From assembly GCA_964016885.1 (NCBI GenBank), contig CAXHJY010000883.1, forward strand, positions 1 through 64,000: a DNA stretch of 64,000 bases, in the 5' to 3' direction. The DNA comes from Eledone cirrhosa (Eukaryota). Shown piece by piece: positions 58,876-64,000 of the stretch. Position numbers and translations under genes: made by a program. The stretch's first letter is position 1; every line of letters starts with the position of its first letter. The notes under the pieces are model-generated. The model searched no databases, had not been told where the DNA came from, and worked only from the letters and a program-made list of their open reading frames with translations.

Positions 58876-59720
58876 GTTAATAAATTAACGAGCCAGAACA
58901 AATATAAACAAGGTTTAGTAAATAATGAAAAGGTTTCAAAATAAATTTTAAAAAATTGACTTTACCTACTATAGTTACCTTTACCGATCGGTTTCGAATC
59001 CCAAAAATAAAACGGAGACCATACGGCCTTCGTTGCAAAGAGAGATTCTCGTCAGAAGGTTCTTTTCATTCAAAGAATATAAAATTCCTGAATTTAAATC
59101 ACAAACTAGCGCTATCAAAGACTGTTCCTGGGATGAGAGTGGATGATGTAGAACAGGTTTATCAAGGGCCGTAGTAAAGATAGAGGCAAAAGGAGGTAGG
59201 TCAAACTAGCCACCGCTGTTGTCAGCAGCAGTCGGAATGACCCGGTTTGTTCTCAACGTTTGTGGAGGTAGTAGTAATATGAAATACGTCCCTTCACGCA
59301 CAAGGCGCCAAGGTACGCATGTATTGTCCAACCAAGTGCCAGTGTGGTTCAATGGCGGGTTAATAAATTAACGAGCCAGAACAAATATAAACAAGGTTTA
59401 GTAAATAATGAAGCTAGTTTGACCTACCTCCTTTTGCCTCTATCTTTACTACGGCCCTTGATAAACCTGTTCTACATCATCCACTCTCATCCCAGGAACA
59501 GTCTTTGATAGCGCTAGTTTGTGATTTAAATTCAGGAATTTTATATTCTTTGAATGAAAAGAACCTTCTGACGAGAATCTCTCTTTGCAACGAAGGCCGT
59601 ATGGTCTCCGTTTTATTTTTGGGATTCGAAACTGATCGGTAAAGGTAACTATAGTAGGTAAAGTCAATTTTTTAAAATTTATTTTGAAACTTTTTCATTA
59701 TTTACTAAACCTTGTTTATA
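58876..59720. mobile_element. Inverted pseudo-LTR pair, each arm with a full HHR (58977-59060 minus, 59563-59646 plus)
   Basis: Arms 58904-59209 and 59412-59719. ACCTT-CTGACGA-GAATCTC..long loop..GGGATTC-GAAA-C(C/T)GATCGG-TA-AAGGT. A 53-bp direct repeat lies at 58877 and 59360. Confidence 0.85.
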
Positions 59721-59750
59721 TATATATATATATATATATATGTGCATATA

Positions 59751-59924
59751 TAGGAACAAGTATGACCCCGACGGCAGAATGACCCCTATTCCAGAAATAG
59801 CCGTCGAAACGGCTTGAGCTCTGCCGTCGGGGTCATACTTGTTCCTATTACCCACTCTACTACCATAAGTATTGAGTACTTTGGTGCGTTATGGTCCATC
59901 TGGTTCCTTACCACAATTCCTTCG

Positions 59925-59927
<3 letters not shown>
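59751..59927 (+). mobile_element. Family X mini-element
   Basis: Short inverted arm plus body and tail. Confidence 0.85.
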
Positions 59928-59964
<37 letters not shown>

Positions 59965-59998
59965 GTACACACATGTGAGTGTGTGTGCATGTATGTGT

Positions 59999-60042
<44 letters not shown>

Positions 60043-60473
60043 CACACAACACGCACAAACTAAACTAGAGCTCTTTAACGTTAGTGATCTCACATAAAAT
60101 TTATACCGTATTTTTTTTTATATTCATCCGAACATCCATTGATAATACTTATAATAAATCCTTCTATTCTCCCGTTTAAAGTATATTGTTGTAATGGCGG
60201 TTTATTGGCAGTTTGTTGATTCGTTGGTGAACTACATTACACCTTCTCGCTAGTCATGTGGGTAGTAAACGGGTGCGGAAATCATGTCAACAATGGAACT
60301 TATTTCCATATTTTAAATTGCATAAATTGTATATATTTGTATATATTAAGTTGAAAGAATCCCTCACAGACATTATATATATACTGTATATATATATACT
60401 GTATATATATATATATATATATATATTTATTTATTAATAAAATCAGAATTTTTTTTCTCCTGTGCATACTTAC

Positions 60474-60542
<69 letters not shown>

Positions 60543-60661
60543 TATATATATATATATATAAAGTTATATATATATATATAAAGTTATATATATAAATTAT
60601 ATATATATATAAAGTTATATATATATATAAATTATATATATATATAGTTATATATATATAT

Positions 60662-61033
60662 ATGTAGGGGCGCCCAAAGGAGAACTGAGTGCAATGTCAA
60701 CTCTGGATGTCGGTGAGCATGTCCAGCCAACCTCAGTCTCCTCTGTGTCACTTTTGAGCTGACTTTTGGGATGCTCCCATACAGCTCTGAGTTTTTCATC
60801 CTCAGTGTATACTGATTAATGTTCAGAGCCATCCTCAGCATTCTCGTGTAGCACCCATCCACCATCTGGACACACTAGAAGAGGAAGACCAAGGTTAACA
60901 TATGTTGATGCCCTAAGGACAGACACTGGTCTGTTGGAGATGCAGGATATGGCAGCGATAATGAGGGACAGAGACCGCTGGAGAGAACTCGTCCATGGAT
61001 CTCGGGAATTTTACCCGCCTTAGATAGATAGAT
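60662..61033. mobile_element. RTE-type LINE 3' fragment with 5' inversion
   Basis: Minus 60866-60662 encodes VDGCYTRMLRMALN...LLWAPLH. Plus 60868-61022 continues GHT.RGRPRLTY and ends in a (TAGA)n tail. Confidence 0.87.
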
Positions 61034-61084
61034 ATATATATATAAATTATATATATATATAAAGTTATATATATATATATAAAG

Positions 61085-61118
<34 letters not shown>

Positions 61119-61465
61119 TATATATATATATATATATATATAAATTATATATATATATAAAGTTATATATATATATATACAAAGTTATATATATATTTAT
61201 AAAGTTATATATATATATTTATAAAGTTATATATATATATTTATAAAGTTATATATATATAAAGTTATATATATATATAAAGTTATATTTATTATATATT
61301 TATTATATATTTATTATATATATATATATTATACATATTATATTTATTATATATTTATTATATATATATATATAAAGTTATATATATATATATATAAAGT
61401 TATATATAAATTATATATATAATGTTATATATATATAAAGTTATATATATATAAAGTTTTATATA

Positions 61466-61502
<37 letters not shown>

Positions 61503-61986
61503 CACATTTATATATATCTAACAGTATATATAAAGTTATATATAAATTATATATATATATACACATTTATATATATCTAACAGTATATATAAAGTTATAT
61601 ATAAATTATATATATATATATATACACATTTATATATATAATCAGTTATATATATATAAAGTTATATATAAATTATATATATATATATATACACATTTAT
61701 ATATATAAACAGTTATATATATATATGTATGTATGTATACATTTATATATATAAACCGCTATATATATATATATATATATTCACATACATTTATATATAT
61801 AAACAGTTATATATATAAATGATATAGGTATATATGTAAATATAAATAAATATACATATATATAGAAATAAACATGATCTCATCAGATATTTTCTTACAT
61901 AATAAACTTAAGTTCTCGAGGCTATCCAAATTATAACAAGAGAACGGGTAAAGATAATCTATTTGAAGCCTTCGCCTGTTCCCTTA

Positions 61987-62879
61987 TCTATATATATAAA
62001 ACTGTGGTTGTCTGTCTGTCTATCGATTTTTGGCACACATCTCCTCTTAGAATCTCTCACGGAATTGCACCGAAATTGCTATACTTGTACATTGAGCCCT
62101 AGCGAAGACATCGGAAAAAAAAAATTTCAAATTGACCCACCCTATGTGACGAAATCGAATATAATGTATCGATTTTTGAGCGTAAGTGATCAGTTATTTC
62201 CCTTTGTTCTATTTACATTGAGCGTCTTACGTAAAAAATTACGCTGGCTTTAACAGTTGTCGAGCCAGCAAAATATTGACCTGCAAAATTCATCAGTTCG
62301 AACACTAAGCTTCCGTTTTGCTTCATTTCCATTTAAAAGCATTTTAAAACAATATTTTTACTTGAAAACAAGTCTATTTAAAGACTACGTAAAACAAGCA
62401 AATATTTCGTCGTTAGGCGTGCAGACAGACAGTCGTGCAGACAGACAGTCGTGCAGACAGACAGTCGTGCAGAGAGGTGATATAGGCGTGCAGACAGACA
62501 GTCGTGCAGAGAGGTGATATAGGCGTGCAGACAGACAGTCGTGCAGAGAGGTGATATAGGCGTGCAGACAGACATAACTGATAATTTGGTTACGCTAATG
62601 TTTTTCTCTGCGTTGCAGTGTTTACATTTTCGATCTTTGTTAATAAATAACCAGTGCAGTTTCTATCCCCAGCATCCTCTTTTGTTATAACATTCGGGTT
62701 ATCGTTATGTTTTCTTAACTTCATAAGGCATATTGTTGGTTGAGGGAATATTAATCAAAAACACCACATGCAAGTCTGCACAGTAGACACTACAGTTTTT
62801 AAGCCAAGAAAGAAACTTAACATTGTAACTTTAACACAGCTACTGAGCGACCCCGAGCAACGCCGGGCTTTACTGCTAG
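61987..62879 (+). mobile_element. Non-autonomous Helitron
   Basis: 5' TC (TCTATATATATAAAA), subterminal hairpin CCCGAGCAACGCCGGG and 3' CTAG, inserted between A and T. Carries an internal 37-bp/15-bp tandem repeat at 62415-62572. Confidence 0.85.
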
Positions 62880-63033
62880 TATATATATATAGTTGTTATA
62901 TAGTAAGGTGTATTATTGCGTGTGTAAAACGGTCCAATAACTTTATGTTAGCAATATTAAGTTCTCCACGCTTTTGTATATCTCCAATTCCCTTCAAGGG
63001 AGCAGCTAGATGATGTAAAACGGAGTATAAGTA

Positions 63034-63433
63034 TGAAAATGAAAATCCGAAGGCAAGGTAAAATTCCAATCATTTTAATCACGACACATGTTTCAATAAG
63101 AGATAGATCGATCGTAAAGCCATGATTAATTATCACTGAACTCCTCAGGTGAAAATGAATTGTCTTCAAATTCTTGACATGGGGGAGATAATTAGCAATG
63201 TTCACTCACAGAGAACATATTCTAACAGTATGTATTCTCCTATGAGGGAATAAACTCTGTGAGTGAAGATTGCTAATTTTCTCCCTCATCTCAAGAATTT
63301 GAAGACAATTCATTTTCACCTGATGAGATCAGTGATAATTCATCATGGCTTTACGATCGATCTATCTCTTATTGAAACATGTGTCGTGATTAAAATGATT
63401 GGAATTTTACCTTGCCTTCAGATTTTCATTTTG
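63034..63433. mobile_element. Inverted pair with HHR in both arms (63079-63152 minus, 63316-63389 plus)
   Basis: TCAC-CTGA(G/T)GA-long stem II region-GAAA-CATGTG-TC-GTGA. Confidence 0.78.
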
Positions 63434-63527
63434 ATATATATATATATATATATATAAGGGAACAAGGTTCTGATACCATCAACACCATAAACACAGAGCT
63501 GGCACATCTAAAGAACTGACTAACTGC

Positions 63528-63559
63528 CTGATGAAGTCAAGTCAAACGAAACATAAGTA
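63528..63559 (+). ncRNA. Hammerhead core truncated just after the cleavage triplet
   Basis: CTGATGA-AGT CAAGTCAA AC-GAAAC ATAA GTA, then TA repeats. No stem I partner. Confidence 0.5.
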
Positions 63560-63902
63560 AATATATATATTTCTTGGTGCAATACTTGCTAATATATATA
63601 TATATATATATGAAAGGATTACAAAGGTGAATACATACAGTTAGAACATATTCTAACAGTATGTATTCTCCTTTGCAATCCTTTCATTTGTAACCGCTCT
63701 GCTTATATTCTCGCCCACTAAATATTAACGCCTCCGATATTTAACTCTGTAGGCACAAGTATTGAGCACAAATGCACCAGCTTTGGGCAGCTAACTATAT
63801 GTATCGCTTATCCCTTTAAACCTCTACTCTCTCACGATACTAAAATATTCTATTATATATATATGATGTGAGAAAAACCACAGACCCTCCATCTCAACTC
63901 TA

Positions 63903-63938
63903 CTTTTGAAAAGCAGAAGAACTGCGAAACCGGTAAAG
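63903..63938 (+). ncRNA. Minimal hammerhead, U3:A8 core variant
   Basis: CTT-TTGAAAA-GCAG AAGAA CTGC-GAAA-CCGG-TA-AAG. Confidence 0.75.
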
Positions 63939-64000
63939 GAACCAAATAAATATATATATTTTTTTAAAAAAATAAGACTCCAGTTGCAATTTCGATTTCA

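Noticed and set aside
58956-59667. Twin 72-aa ORFs on opposite strands as a gene pair
   Set aside because: By-product of the inverted repeat, antisense to the HHR strand, with non-ATG starts.

Overview
Eukaryotic, non-genic, repeat-saturated DNA. It is most likely a cephalopod (octopus-like) genome, inferred from the huge (TA)n tracts and the SINE type. No host gene can be supported, and most ORFs in the track are microsatellite artefacts. The dominant signal is a dense population of type I hammerhead ribozymes (HHRs). A head-to-head tandem array of a 310-bp retrozyme-like unit at 1-4017 carries 12 intact HHRs. Relatives at 13571-14318 and 14468-14767 differ by structure-preserving changes. 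About ten further unrelated HHR families sit in small inverted-repeat, Penelope-like (PLE) pseudo-LTR elements inserted in (TA)n. PLE reverse transcriptase (RT) and GIY-YIG fragments are present. The window also holds a near-complete CR1/L2-group LINE with a YAHD active site and a candidate -1 frameshift site, an R4/Dong-like LINE remnant, RTE fragments (one with a clean 5' inversion) and bipartite RTE-derived short elements. tRNA-derived SINEs, a non-autonomous Helitron and several minisatellites complete the picture. All calls are by eye; no search or folding program was run.
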